From assembly GCA_964561365.1 (NCBI GenBank), contig CAZLPF010000002.1, forward strand, positions 10,068 through 74,067: a stretch of 64,000 nucleotides of DNA, given 5' to 3'. The notes beneath the pieces are model-generated. The model saw only the letters and a program-made list of their open reading frames with translations. It was not told the origin of the DNA and searched no databases. Positions 38,090 to 47,213 of the stretch are shown here, in pieces; position 1 is the first letter of the stretch, and the number at the start of each line of letters is the position of its first letter. Both the position numbers and the translations under genes were made by a program. This DNA comes from an uncultured Candidatus Saccharibacteria bacterium (GTDB lineage Bacteria > Patescibacteriota > Doudnabacteria > UBA920).

Positions 38090-38326
38090 ATGGACGTCAA
38101 GAAGATGATCCAAGAGTTAGAAGAAGAGCAGGAGCAGATCGGCGAGGCGTTACTTGCCCTTAAGCGCCTCGATCAGGGTCGCGGCAAGCGGCGGGGCAGG
38201 CCGCCAGCCTGGTTGGCCGAAATGCGGAAAGAGCAAAAGCCGGCCACTGCTGCAAAGGATGGCAAGCCGAAAAAGAAAGAAGGCGGTGCCGCAGCCGGTC
38301 CAGTCGCTATGGCCAAGTCGGCCTGA
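38090..38326 (+). CDS. Small coiled-coil plus AT-hook DNA-binding protein
   Basis: MDVKKMIQELEEEQEQIGEALLALKRL then KRRGRPP; SD AGGAGG. Confidence 0.75.
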   Translation: MDVKKMIQELEEEQEQIGEALLALKRLDQGRGKRRGRPPAWLAEMRKEQKPATAAKDGKPKKKEGGAAAGPVAMAKSA

Positions 38327-38376
38327 CCGAAGTCCATCACAAGCTCACCTCGAACGGGGATTGCTTCAGAGGCACA

Positions 38377-38438
38377 CGGCCTCCCAACGGCAGCAGCACA
38401 CTCGGTGTGCAGTTGCTGGCGGGAGGTCGTTTTGTTTT
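38377..38438 (+). terminator. Long-hairpin terminator
   Basis: CGGCCTCCC..GCACAC-tcg-GTGTGC..GGGAGGTCG followed by TTTTGTTTT. Confidence 0.65.
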
Positions 38439-38482
38439 ATGGAGAAAACAAAACAGAGCCCGAACGGTAATTCGGAACCCTG

Positions 38483-39352
38483 TTATTGGTTACGCAGGAA
38501 AAGACGGTAATGTTTTCCTCCCTGCAAGATACTAACCTGGTAGTACGGCCGACATGCCAGATTTATCACGAACGGCGGTGCGTGAATGTCGAGTTCGCTG
38601 AGCTCGCGGCCGGTAAGCTCGATGGTCGGGACCATTGCTTTCCCGCCGTCCCATTCGAGGGTCAGGGGGACTTGCTTGCCGTGGTCGAAGTACCAAAGCT
38701 CACCGCCCCGTTCATACAGCTTCAGTAGCTTCGGAGCCCGGTCGCCGAGTTCGGCGTCTTCTTGGGCCATTAGTCCGCCGCGGCGCACCCGGTCGAGCAT
38801 GATGAGCCGACCGTTCGGTATGATCAAGCCGGTCTTCCGGTTTTTTTCGCGGCTCTGCTGGCAGCTCGGGCAGGTGGTGTGAATGGTCACCCACTCGCTC
38901 GGCGAAAATACCTCGCCGCCCTTCCCTAACCGCGCGGGTCCGATGCGCACAAAGCGCACGGAGTCCTCGAGATTGTGCAGGCCGTTGCCGTGCACCGACT
39001 CCTCGGTTGCCTCGCCACGCTTGCGTCGCCCCGAGGTGCTGCACCAGGCGAGACGCCGGGCGCGGAGCTGGTCGTAGACGTAGCGGTTCCGCCCGAGCTC
39101 GTAGCGCTCTGCGCTACCCGCTACGTTGCCGATCCGCACGCGCGCTTCCGGCGGCACGTACTGCAGCTCGGCCGCGTCTGCGTCAGGCAGCAGGTAGAGC
39201 CTGCAGCCTCCGCAGGCCGCGAAGCGCGCAAGGTCTCCGCCGAGCGCGGTTCCGAGGTCTGTCATTTTCCCCCAAGAAAATTCGGCCCAAACCCGCCACA
39301 CGTCGTCTGAAGAAAGCGCCCGTTGCTGGACGCACATTGCTGACACCGCCAT
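38483..39352 (-). CDS. Hypothetical protein with CxxC motifs (SD-led module)
   Basis: CGGC, CPSC; SD AAGGAGGT; promoter TTGCCG-17-TACCAT. Confidence 0.6.
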   Translation of the reverse strand: MAVSAMCVQQRALSSDDVWRVWAEFSWGKMTDLGTALGGDLARFAACGGCRLYLLPDADAAELQYVPPEARVRIGNVAGSAERYELGRNRYVYDQLRARRLAWCSTSGRRKRGEATEESVHGNGLHNLEDSVRFVRIGPARLGKGGEVFSPSEWVTIHTTCPSCQQSREKNRKTGLIIPNGRLIMLDRVRRGGLMAQEDAELGDRAPKLLKLYERGGELWYFDHGKQVPLTLEWDGGKAMVPTIELTGRELSELDIHAPPFVINLACRPYYQVSILQGGKHYRLFLRNQ

Positions 39353-39492
39353 AGGCACCTCCTTTGTAGTTTGGGCGCATGGTAGCAGCCCCGCCCCGCC
39401 CCGGCAAGGCCCCGGGGCTATGCGGAAAGCCCATTTTTGCTATACTTTCGCCATAGACAAGACGGATTTGTTTGATTAACGCGCCCAGCGCC

Positions 39493-40890
39493 ATGCCGAA
39501 ACAAGAACTGGATTTGATGGATAAGATAGTCAGCCTCTGCAAACGGCGCGGCTTCATTTTCCCCGGCAGCGAAATTTACGGCGGCCTGGCCAACAGCTGG
39601 GACTACGGCCCCCTGGGGGTTGAGCTCAAGAACAACATCAAGCAGCTGTGGTGGCACCGGTTCGTCCGCGGCCGCGAAGACGTGGTCGGCGTGGATTCGG
39701 CCTACATCATGAACCCGAAAGTCTGGCAGGCTTCGGGCCACGTGGCGACCTTCAACGACCCGCTCGTCGAGGACAAAAAAACCCACGAGCGGTTTCGCCT
39801 CGACCACCTCCTCGAAGAGCGCGGCGTGAACGTTTCGGGCATGACGTTCGAGCAGATGGTCGCCAAGGTTCGAGAGCTGCAGCTGAAGTCGCCGGGCGGC
39901 AACGAGCTGACCGAACCCAAGAAGTTCAACATGATGTTCCGCACCCACCTCGGGCCCGTGGAGGATGAGGACAACACCGTGTACCTCCGGCCCGAAACGG
40001 CGCAGGGACAGTTCGTGGACTTCAAGCTCGCGCAGGAATCCATGCGGCAGCGGGTGCCGTTCGGCATCGCCCAGATCGGCCCGGCCTTTCGGAACGAAAT
40101 CACCCCCGGCAACTTCATCTTCCGCACCCGCGAGTTCGAGCAAATGGAAATAGAGTACTTCGTGAAACCCGACGACTGGGAGCGGTGGTTCGAGTACTGG
40201 CTCGAGCAGCAGAAAGCCTGGTGCAAAGACTTGCACCTGCCGGAAGACAAGACGAAGTTCGTGGAAATTCCCGAAGCCGACCGCGCCCACTACAGCAAGC
40301 GGAGCGTAGATACCGAATTCGTATTCCCGTTCGGCCAGAAAGAGCTCTACGGGCTCGCGTACCGCACCGACTTCGATCTCCAGAACCATATCAAAGCCTC
40401 CGGCCAAGACCTCTCCTACCGCGATCCGGTTTCGAACGAGGTCTTCGTACCGCACGTCATAGAGCCGACCTGGGGCGTAAACCGCACGCTACTGGCCGTA
40501 CTCTGCGCTTCGTACGAAGAGGTTGAGGCAAGGAGCGGCGACGAAGAGGCTGTGCACGAGAAAGAAATCGTCCTCCGGCTGCCGAAGCAGCTCGCGCCCA
40601 TTAAGGTGGCTATTTTACCGCTGTCTAAGAAAGAGCCGCTCCAGGGCAAGGCCCGAGAAATTGCCGCGGGTCTCAGGCAGCACTTCACCGTGCAGTACGA
40701 CGAGACCGGCAGCGTCGGCAAGCGGTACCGCCGCCAAGACGAGATTGGCACCCCGTACTGCGTCACCGTAGACTTCGACACCGAAACCGACGGCAAGGTC
40801 ACGGTCCGCGACCGCGACACCATGTCGCAAGAGCGCATTGCGGTCGCCGAGCTGTTGCCCTGGCTGCAGTCAAAGAACCTCAACCCGTAA
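39493..40890 (+). CDS. glyS: Glycine--tRNA ligase, alpha2 (dimeric) type
   Basis: EIYGG, LRPETAQG, FRNEITP..FRTREFEQME, GKRYRRQDEIGTP. Confidence 0.96.
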   Translation: MPKQELDLMDKIVSLCKRRGFIFPGSEIYGGLANSWDYGPLGVELKNNIKQLWWHRFVRGREDVVGVDSAYIMNPKVWQASGHVATFNDPLVEDKKTHERFRLDHLLEERGVNVSGMTFEQMVAKVRELQLKSPGGNELTEPKKFNMMFRTHLGPVEDEDNTVYLRPETAQGQFVDFKLAQESMRQRVPFGIAQIGPAFRNEITPGNFIFRTREFEQMEIEYFVKPDDWERWFEYWLEQQKAWCKDLHLPEDKTKFVEIPEADRAHYSKRSVDTEFVFPFGQKELYGLAYRTDFDLQNHIKASGQDLSYRDPVSNEVFVPHVIEPTWGVNRTLLAVLCASYEEVEARSGDEEAVHEKEIVLRLPKQLAPIKVAILPLSKKEPLQGKAREIAAGLRQHFTVQYDETGSVGKRYRRQDEIGTPYCVTVDFDTETDGKVTVRDRDTMSQERIAVAELLPWLQSKNLNP

Positions 40891-40902
40891 CTACCGAACG
40901 AC

Positions 40903-42174
40903 TTGAAATTCATCAAAACCGTCCTCAAGAACGGCCTCACGGTCGTTGAGGTCCCGAGCCACGACGCCGAGAGCGTCGTGGTTGATATTTTCGTCAAAAC
41001 CGGCTCGCGCTCCGAGCGCCCCGAAGAGTCGGGCATCTCCCACTTCCTCGAGCACTTCCTGTTCAAGGGTACCGAGCAGTACCCTTCGGCCATGGCCATT
41101 TCCGAACTCGTCGACAGCATCGGCGGTGAAATGAACGCGTCCACGGGCAAGGAGTACACGCAGTACTTCATAAAGGTCGCACACGCGCACCTGCCGACCA
41201 TCTTCGGCGTGCTCACCGACATGGTCCGCCGGCCGCTGCTCGACCCCGTTGAGCTGGAAAAAGAGAAGGGCGTCATCGTCGAAGAGATCAACATGTACAA
41301 GGACACGCCCATGTACGAGATTGAGAACGTTTTGGAACGCACCATGTGGCCACAGGACGCCCTCGGCCGGGACATTGCCGGCACGAAAGGCACGGTGACG
41401 AAGTTCACCCAGGCTATGTTCCGCCGCTACATGAAGAAGCACTACCAGACCGGCAACACCATTGTCGGCGTCTCGGGCAAGTACGACCGCAAGCAGCTCT
41501 GGTCGCTCGTAAAGAAGCACTGGGAAAAGGCGCCGCGTCAGCCCCACGGCCGCTGGGCCAAGGCCAAAGACAGGCAGACCCGTCCCCGCATCGCCCTCGA
41601 GTTCAAGCAGACCGAGCAGGCGCACCTGGCCTTCGGCTTCAAGGCGCTGCCGTACGGGCACCCGCAGACCGCCGCCCTCTCGGTTCTGGCCGCCGTGCTC
41701 GGCGGCGGCATGTCGAGCCGGCTGTTTTCCGAGGTCCGCGAGAAGCGCGGGCTGTGCTACTACGTCCGCGCCGGCGCCGGGAGCTACCAGGATACCGGCA
41801 GCTTCGGGGTGAACAGCGGCGTGCACGTCGACAAGCTCCAAGAAGCCGTCGCGGTCATCGTCGATGAGCTTAAAAAAGTGAAGCAGCACCCGGTGCCGCA
41901 GCACGAGCTTCGCAAGGCGAAGGACTACATCAAGGGCAAGACGACGCTCGCCTTAGAAGACAACCAGGTCAGGCTCGACTGGTTCTTAGAGCGCGCGGCT
42001 TTCTTTAAAAATATGATTACCCCGGTCGAGGCTTTCGCGAAAATAGAGAAGGTCACGGCCGCCGACGTCCAGGCGGTGGCGCGGCACGTCCTTACGGGCC
42101 GGAACTGCTCGTTCGCGGTCATCGGGCCATACAAGTCGAAAGCTCCGCTCCAGAAGCTCATTAAGATTGATTAA
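40903..42174 (+). CDS. M16 family zinc peptidase
   Basis: Inverted HFLEH motif, GGGMSSRLF..VREKRGL. Confidence 0.93.
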   Translation: MKFIKTVLKNGLTVVEVPSHDAESVVVDIFVKTGSRSERPEESGISHFLEHFLFKGTEQYPSAMAISELVDSIGGEMNASTGKEYTQYFIKVAHAHLPTIFGVLTDMVRRPLLDPVELEKEKGVIVEEINMYKDTPMYEIENVLERTMWPQDALGRDIAGTKGTVTKFTQAMFRRYMKKHYQTGNTIVGVSGKYDRKQLWSLVKKHWEKAPRQPHGRWAKAKDRQTRPRIALEFKQTEQAHLAFGFKALPYGHPQTAALSVLAAVLGGGMSSRLFSEVREKRGLCYYVRAGAGSYQDTGSFGVNSGVHVDKLQEAVAVIVDELKKVKQHPVPQHELRKAKDYIKGKTTLALEDNQVRLDWFLERAAFFKNMITPVEAFAKIEKVTAADVQAVARHVLTGRNCSFAVIGPYKSKAPLQKLIKID

Positions 42175-42227
42175 TATCCATTAACGTTAATCAATACTCA
42201 TCAACATTAATTAACGTTGATTAATCT
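42160..42227. repeat. Seven tandem decamers, ATYAA every 10 bp
   Basis: attaagattg|attaatatcc|attaacgtta|atcaatactc|atcaacatta|attaacgttg|attaatct. Confidence 0.75.
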
Positions 42228-42380
42228 ATGGTGAAGCGGATTGCCATGACGAAAGCCCGGGTGCACCTCGGCAAGCTCGTGCGCGAGGTCTTTACCTCCG
42301 GCGCGAGTTTCGTGCTCACGAAGGCCGGCCTCCCCGTGGCGGCCATTGTGCCGGCCCCGAAAAAGAAAGTACGGCGCTAG
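42228..42380 (+). CDS. Phd/YefM-family antitoxin-like DNA-binding protein (50 aa, not in ORF track)
   Basis: Hand translation MVKRIAMTKARVHLGKLVREVFTSGASFVLTKAGLPVAAIVPAPKKKVRR. Confidence 0.7.
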   Translation: MVKRIAMTKARVHLGKLVREVFTSGASFVLTKAGLPVAAIVPAPKKKVRR

Positions 42381-42425
42381 CGCCCCCTCCGGCGTTCCGG
42401 TCGTCCCGTTAACGTTCGATGAACC

Positions 42426-43292
42426 GTGCCGAAAGCTTCTGAAAATATTCAAAACCCGATTGGCTGTCACGTTTCCATAGCCGGCGGCGTGCAGAACGCG
42501 CCCGGCAACGCGGCGGCACTCGGCTGCGAAGCCTTCCAGATTTTTTCGCGCAGCCCGCAGGGCGGTCCGGCGCCGAAGCTGACCGGAGAGGTGCTCGCCG
42601 CGTTCCGCGCGGCCATGGACGAGCACGGGTACCGGCAGTTCGTCATTCATGCTCCGTACTACATAAACTTCGGCTCGGGGAAACCCGCAACCTACCAGGC
42701 GAGCATCCGGGTCATCCGCGAGGAGCTCGAGCGCGGCACCAGCTTGGGCGCCGCGTACCTCATGTTCCACCCCGGCAGCGGCAAGGACCTGGGCAGCGAG
42801 GCGGCCCTGAAGCAAGCCCGGGGCGGCATAAAAAAAGTCCTCGACGGCTACGCCGGGAGCTGCAAGCTCTTAATAGAGAATGCGGCCGGGGCCGGCGAGA
42901 TCCTCGGCGACACGTTCGAGGAGGTCGCGCTTTTAGCCGAGCCGATTTTAGAGCACCCGGGCTTCGGGGGCGTGTGCCTCGACACCCAGCACAGCTTCGC
43001 GAGCGGCTACGACCTGCGTTCAGCGGCAGCGGTAGCTGAAACCATGAAAAAGTTCGACGCCGCCGTAGGCCTCCGGTACCTAGCCTGCGTCCACGCGAAC
43101 GACTCGAAACCGGGCTTGGGTGAGCGCAAGGATCGGCACGATCACGTCGGTTCCGGGCAGATCGGCGAAGGGGGGTTCTCTGCGATTTTAAAATTTTTAC
43201 AGAAAAAAAAGATGGACGTCCCGGTTATCCTCGAAACAGAGCACGATCTGGTTAAGAAGGACATTGCCGCGCTCAAGCGCCTCCGCGGCTGA
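42426..43292 (+). CDS. nfo: Endonuclease IV
   Basis: GCHVSIAGG, HAPYYIN, HPG, ENAAG, CLDTQH, HANDS, DRH, ILET. Confidence 0.94.
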   Translation: MPKASENIQNPIGCHVSIAGGVQNAPGNAAALGCEAFQIFSRSPQGGPAPKLTGEVLAAFRAAMDEHGYRQFVIHAPYYINFGSGKPATYQASIRVIREELERGTSLGAAYLMFHPGSGKDLGSEAALKQARGGIKKVLDGYAGSCKLLIENAAGAGEILGDTFEEVALLAEPILEHPGFGGVCLDTQHSFASGYDLRSAAAVAETMKKFDAAVGLRYLACVHANDSKPGLGERKDRHDHVGSGQIGEGGFSAILKFLQKKKMDVPVILETEHDLVKKDIAALKRLRG

Positions 43293-43318
43293 AGGTTTCC
43301 GCAGCTTTTATTCACGGT

Positions 43319-44188
43319 ATGAAAATTGCAATCATCGGGGCCGGGGCGGTGGGCACCGCGCTGTCGCGCTGCTTCCGGGTTCCGGTCGGCCTCTGGGATA
43401 AGCGCCCGGAAGCCTCGGCCGGCAGCTCGCCCGAGGCCGTGCTCGGCGGCGCCGGCGCGGTGGTGCTCTGCGTGCCGTCGCCCTCGCTCCGCGAAGCCGC
43501 CGAGACCGTCGCCCGCCACGCGCCGCCCGAGGCCACCGTCTACTCGGTAACGAAGGGCGTCGAGCGCGTGAGCGGGAAGTTCGCCCACGTGGTCCTCGCG
43601 GACGTTTTCGGGGCGGGGCGGTCCGCGCTCCTGTCGGGCCCCATGCTCGCCGGAGAGGTGGAGGCCGGGAGCGTCGGCGCCGGCGTCGTAGCCGGATCGG
43701 GGGCCGCGTACGACCTGCTCCTTAGGGGGGCGGACAGCGGCAAGCTCGCGCTCGAGTGGAGCAGCGACGCGGCCGGCGTCGCGGCCTGCGGGGTGCTGAA
43801 GAACATTTACGCGCTCCTCGTGGGTGCGAGCTTCGGCGCCGGGTACGGCCAGAACGTCGCGGGGTGGCTCATTGGCCGCGCGGTGCGGGAGATGGCCGGG
43901 CTGCTGCCGCACTTCGGCGGCCGCGCCGAAACCGCGCTCGGCACCGCCGGGCTCGCCGACCTCGTCGCCACCTGCGCGAGCGAAGATTCCCTGAACCGGC
44001 GCGCGGGCGGGGCGCTCGCGCGCGGGCAGGAGCCGCCGGTTTCCGAGGCGACCGTTTCGCTCGAGCCGCTCCTCGGGCGGCTCGCCGCCGCGCCGCCGCC
44101 GCTCCTGGCCGCGGTTAAGGCCATCGCGCTGGACCGCGCCGGCGCCCGCGCGGCGGTTGCCGGCCTGCTCGCGTCCGGGCGCCGGTAA
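43319..44188 (+). CDS. gpsA: NAD(P)H-dependent glycerol-3-phosphate dehydrogenase (divergent)
   Basis: GAGAVG, TKG, LSGP..A.EV, LKNIYA, GLADLVATC; short and very GC-rich. Confidence 0.78.
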   Translation: MKIAIIGAGAVGTALSRCFRVPVGLWDKRPEASAGSSPEAVLGGAGAVVLCVPSPSLREAAETVARHAPPEATVYSVTKGVERVSGKFAHVVLADVFGAGRSALLSGPMLAGEVEAGSVGAGVVAGSGAAYDLLLRGADSGKLALEWSSDAAGVAACGVLKNIYALLVGASFGAGYGQNVAGWLIGRAVREMAGLLPHFGGRAETALGTAGLADLVATCASEDSLNRRAGGALARGQEPPVSEATVSLEPLLGRLAAAPPPLLAAVKAIALDRAGARAAVAGLLASGRR

Positions 44189-44267
44189 ACCTTGACGGCG
44201 GCGCGCGTGGGGCAGTAGAGTAGAAAAGCCATTTTAGTCCTTGAAACAAACGTAACGCGAACCGTCT

Positions 44268-44396
44268 ATGGAAACGTCCGAGACTGAACCGAAGCCCGGG
44301 TACGCGGCAGCCCACGAAGCCATGCCCGAGCGCTTCAGTGACCCCGAGGCCGCCCAGCGCACGTTCACCGAGCTCCACGAGACGCTCGACGCCTAA
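44268..44396 (+). CDS. Small hypothetical protein (42 aa, not in ORF track)
   Basis: METSETEPKPG..TLDA, G/C-ending codons like native genes. Confidence 0.4.
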   Translation: METSETEPKPGYAAAHEAMPERFSDPEAAQRTFTELHETLDA

Positions 44397-44400
44397 CCCC

Positions 44401-44628
44401 ATGACCGAAGAAGACAAAGTCCAAAAAATCGTAGCCCTCGTCGAGCAGTCGGAGCTCGACCCGACCATCAAGCAGATTCTCATCCGCGACCTGCGCTCCG
44501 AAGGCTTGACCGACTTCCTCAGGGAGCAGATCCGGGCCTACTGCCTCGAGGGGCTCAAGCGGGCGAGCGCCCAGATCGACGAGGCCCGGCGGCTCATTGA
44601 GATGCAGCAGCAGAATCCAGCGGCCTAG
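44401..44628 (+). CDS. Small hypothetical helical protein
   Basis: MTEEDKVQKI.., native codon usage. Confidence 0.6.
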   Translation: MTEEDKVQKIVALVEQSELDPTIKQILIRDLRSEGLTDFLREQIRAYCLEGLKRASAQIDEARRLIEMQQQNPAA

Positions 44629-44664
44629 CTGGATTTTCTGTTCCGGGACGGCTACCATAGCACC

Positions 44665-45678
44665 ATGAAGCTTTCCGAGCTCGACCAGTCGACCCAGGTC
44701 ATACTGAAGGTCACTTTCGTGGTGCTCGTTTTGGGTTTCCTGTGGGTCATCCGCGACATTGTCCTCATTTTGCTCGTCGCGCTCATCCTCTCGTCGGCCA
44801 TGGAGCCGCTCGTGGACTACCTTGCCCGGCACCGCATTCCGCGGAGCGTGAGCGTGCTCGCCGTCTACCTGCTCGTCGTCGGCTTCGCCGTGCTCGTCGT
44901 TTCGCTCATCGTCCCGCCCATTGTCGAGCAGCTGAAGATTCTCCGCGATAACTGGGCCAACTACTCAACGGCGTTCGACGCCAAGGTCGGCGGCACCTTC
45001 GCCCAGCAGCTCGACCTGAAAAATTTGCTCGGCGGCGCGATTACGACCGACACCGGCGGGGGCGACACCGTGCTCTCGCGCACCTTCGGCGTGTTCTCGG
45101 GGCTGTTCTCGCTCATCACCATCATGGTCATTTCGTTCTACCTCGTGGCCGAGCAGCGCGGCATGAAGCAGTTCATTGCCACCGTGGTACCCCAGCCGCA
45201 CCAGGAATTCGCCGAGTCGCTCATTCAGAAAATTCAGAAGAAGATGGGCCTCTGGCTCCTCGGCCAGGTCATCTTGAGCTGCAGCATTTTCCTGCTGACC
45301 TACCTCGGCCTCGCCATCCTCGGCGTGCCGAACGCGCTCCTGCTCGCCGCGCTCGCCGGGCTCCTCGAGCTCGTGCCGTACGTCGGGCCGTTCATCTCAG
45401 CCATCCCGGCCGTGTTCTTCGCGTTCCTCTCGGGTCCGGCCCTCGCCGTTGCCACCGCGGTCATGTACCTCGCCGTCCAAAAAATTGAGGGCTACGTGCT
45501 CGTGCCGAAAATCATGGAGAAGACCGTGGGCACCTCGCCGCTCGTGGTCATTGTCGCGCTGCTCGTCGGCTTCAAGCTCGCCGGCATTTTCGGCCTGCTC
45601 ATCGCCGTGCCGCTGTCGGGCGCCGTGACCGTGTTCATTCAGGAGTTCGCCGCGGCCAAGGAGCAGGCGGCCCGGTAG
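44665..45678 (+). CDS. AI-2E family transporter
   Basis: LELVPYVGP, QKIEGYVLVPKIM, GIFGLLIAVP. Confidence 0.87.
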   Translation: MKLSELDQSTQVILKVTFVVLVLGFLWVIRDIVLILLVALILSSAMEPLVDYLARHRIPRSVSVLAVYLLVVGFAVLVVSLIVPPIVEQLKILRDNWANYSTAFDAKVGGTFAQQLDLKNLLGGAITTDTGGGDTVLSRTFGVFSGLFSLITIMVISFYLVAEQRGMKQFIATVVPQPHQEFAESLIQKIQKKMGLWLLGQVILSCSIFLLTYLGLAILGVPNALLLAALAGLLELVPYVGPFISAIPAVFFAFLSGPALAVATAVMYLAVQKIEGYVLVPKIMEKTVGTSPLVVIVALLVGFKLAGIFGLLIAVPLSGAVTVFIQEFAAAKEQAAR

Positions 45679-45751
45679 GCGCGGTTCTTGTTGGCGCCCG
45701 GCGGCCGCGGTATACTGGAACGGCTCATAGCGAAGCCGTTTTTTCATTTCC

Positions 45752-47200
45752 GTGGCCGAACGAAACACCTTCTACATAACCACGACCCTGCCGTACGTGA
45801 ACAGCAAGCCCCACATGGGGCACGCGCTCGAGTTCGTGCAGGCTGACGTCCTCGCCCGCTACCACCGCCTGCTCGGCGAGCGGGTGGAGTTCAACGTCGG
45901 CACCGACGAGCACGGGCTCAAAATTTACGAGAAGGCCGTCGAGGCGGGGGAAGACCCGAAGGCCTACGCGGACCGCATGGCCGAACAGTTCAAGGCGCTG
46001 AAAGCCACCCTGAACCTCTCGTGGACGCGGTTCATCCGCACGACCGACCCGGCCCACGGGCGCGCCGCCCAGGAGTTCTGGAAACGGTGCCAGGCCAGCG
46101 GCGACATTTACCAGCAGCAGTACCAGGTCAGGTACTGCGTGGGCTGCGAGCTTGAGAAGACCGACTCCGAGCTCGAGAACGGCCGCTGCCTGCTGCACCC
46201 GAACCTCGAGATCCAAAGCATTTCGGAGCTGAATTACTTTTTCCGCTTCTCGAAGTACCAAGAACAGCTGCTCGCGCTCTACGGGCAGCCGGACTTCGTG
46301 GTGCCCGAGGGACGCCGGACCGAAATAGCCGAGTTCGTCCGCGCGGGCCTGAAGGACTTCAGCATTTCGCGGCTGAAAGACAAGCTGCCGTGGGGCGTGG
46401 CGGTGCCCGGCGACGACGCGCAGGTCATGTACGTCTGGTTCGACGCCCTCGTGAACTACATTTCCACCCTCGGGTGGCCCGCCGAAGGCGGCGACTTCAA
46501 AACATTTTGGCCCGGCGTGCAGATTGCGGGCAAAGATAACCTCCGCCAGCAGTCAGCCATGTGGCAGGCCATGCTCATGTCTGCCGGCGTCGCGCCCTCG
46601 AAGCAGATTGTCATTCACGGCTTCGTGACGAGCGGCGGCGAGAAGATGTCGAAGACCGTCGGCAACGTGGTGGACCCGCTCGAGATTGTGCAGCGGTTCG
46701 GCACCGACGCCTTCCGCTTCTGGGTCTGCCACGAGGCGAACACGTTCGAGGATAGCGACTTTACCTGGGAGCGCTTCTCGGACGGCTACGAGTCGAGGCT
46801 CGTCAACGGCGTCGGCAACCTGTTCAGCCGCGTGGTGAAAATGGCCACGAGCTACGGCGTGCCGCCGCCGAGCGGCGACGTGCCGAGCGTTTTCGGGGTG
46901 AACGACGCCTTCAACGCCGCGCTTTCCGCCCACCGCATTTCCGAGGCGGCGCGCCTCGTCTTTGAGCAGGCCGCCGAGCTCGACCGCGAAATCCAGTCGA
47001 AGCAGCCGTTCAAGGTGTTCAAGGAACATCCCGAGCAGGCCCGCGGTGACGTGGCCTCGCTGCTCCTGCGCCTCCGCGAGCTCGCGCTCCGCCTCCAGCC
47101 GTTCCTGCCCGAGACGGCCGAGCGCATGCTCGCGGTGCTCGGGAGCCCATCGTGGCCCGAGCAGCTGCCGCACCTCTTCGAGCGCATCGAAGCGGCCTAA
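45752..47200 (+). CDS. metG: Methionine--tRNA ligase
   Basis: PYVN..HMGH, GTDEHG, YVWFDAL, GKDN, KMSKT. Confidence 0.96.
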   Translation: MAERNTFYITTTLPYVNSKPHMGHALEFVQADVLARYHRLLGERVEFNVGTDEHGLKIYEKAVEAGEDPKAYADRMAEQFKALKATLNLSWTRFIRTTDPAHGRAAQEFWKRCQASGDIYQQQYQVRYCVGCELEKTDSELENGRCLLHPNLEIQSISELNYFFRFSKYQEQLLALYGQPDFVVPEGRRTEIAEFVRAGLKDFSISRLKDKLPWGVAVPGDDAQVMYVWFDALVNYISTLGWPAEGGDFKTFWPGVQIAGKDNLRQQSAMWQAMLMSAGVAPSKQIVIHGFVTSGGEKMSKTVGNVVDPLEIVQRFGTDAFRFWVCHEANTFEDSDFTWERFSDGYESRLVNGVGNLFSRVVKMATSYGVPPPSGDVPSVFGVNDAFNAALSAHRISEAARLVFEQAAELDREIQSKQPFKVFKEHPEQARGDVASLLLRLRELALRLQPFLPETAERMLAVLGSPSWPEQLPHLFERIEAA

Positions 47201-47213
47201 GGAGCGCGTTCCC

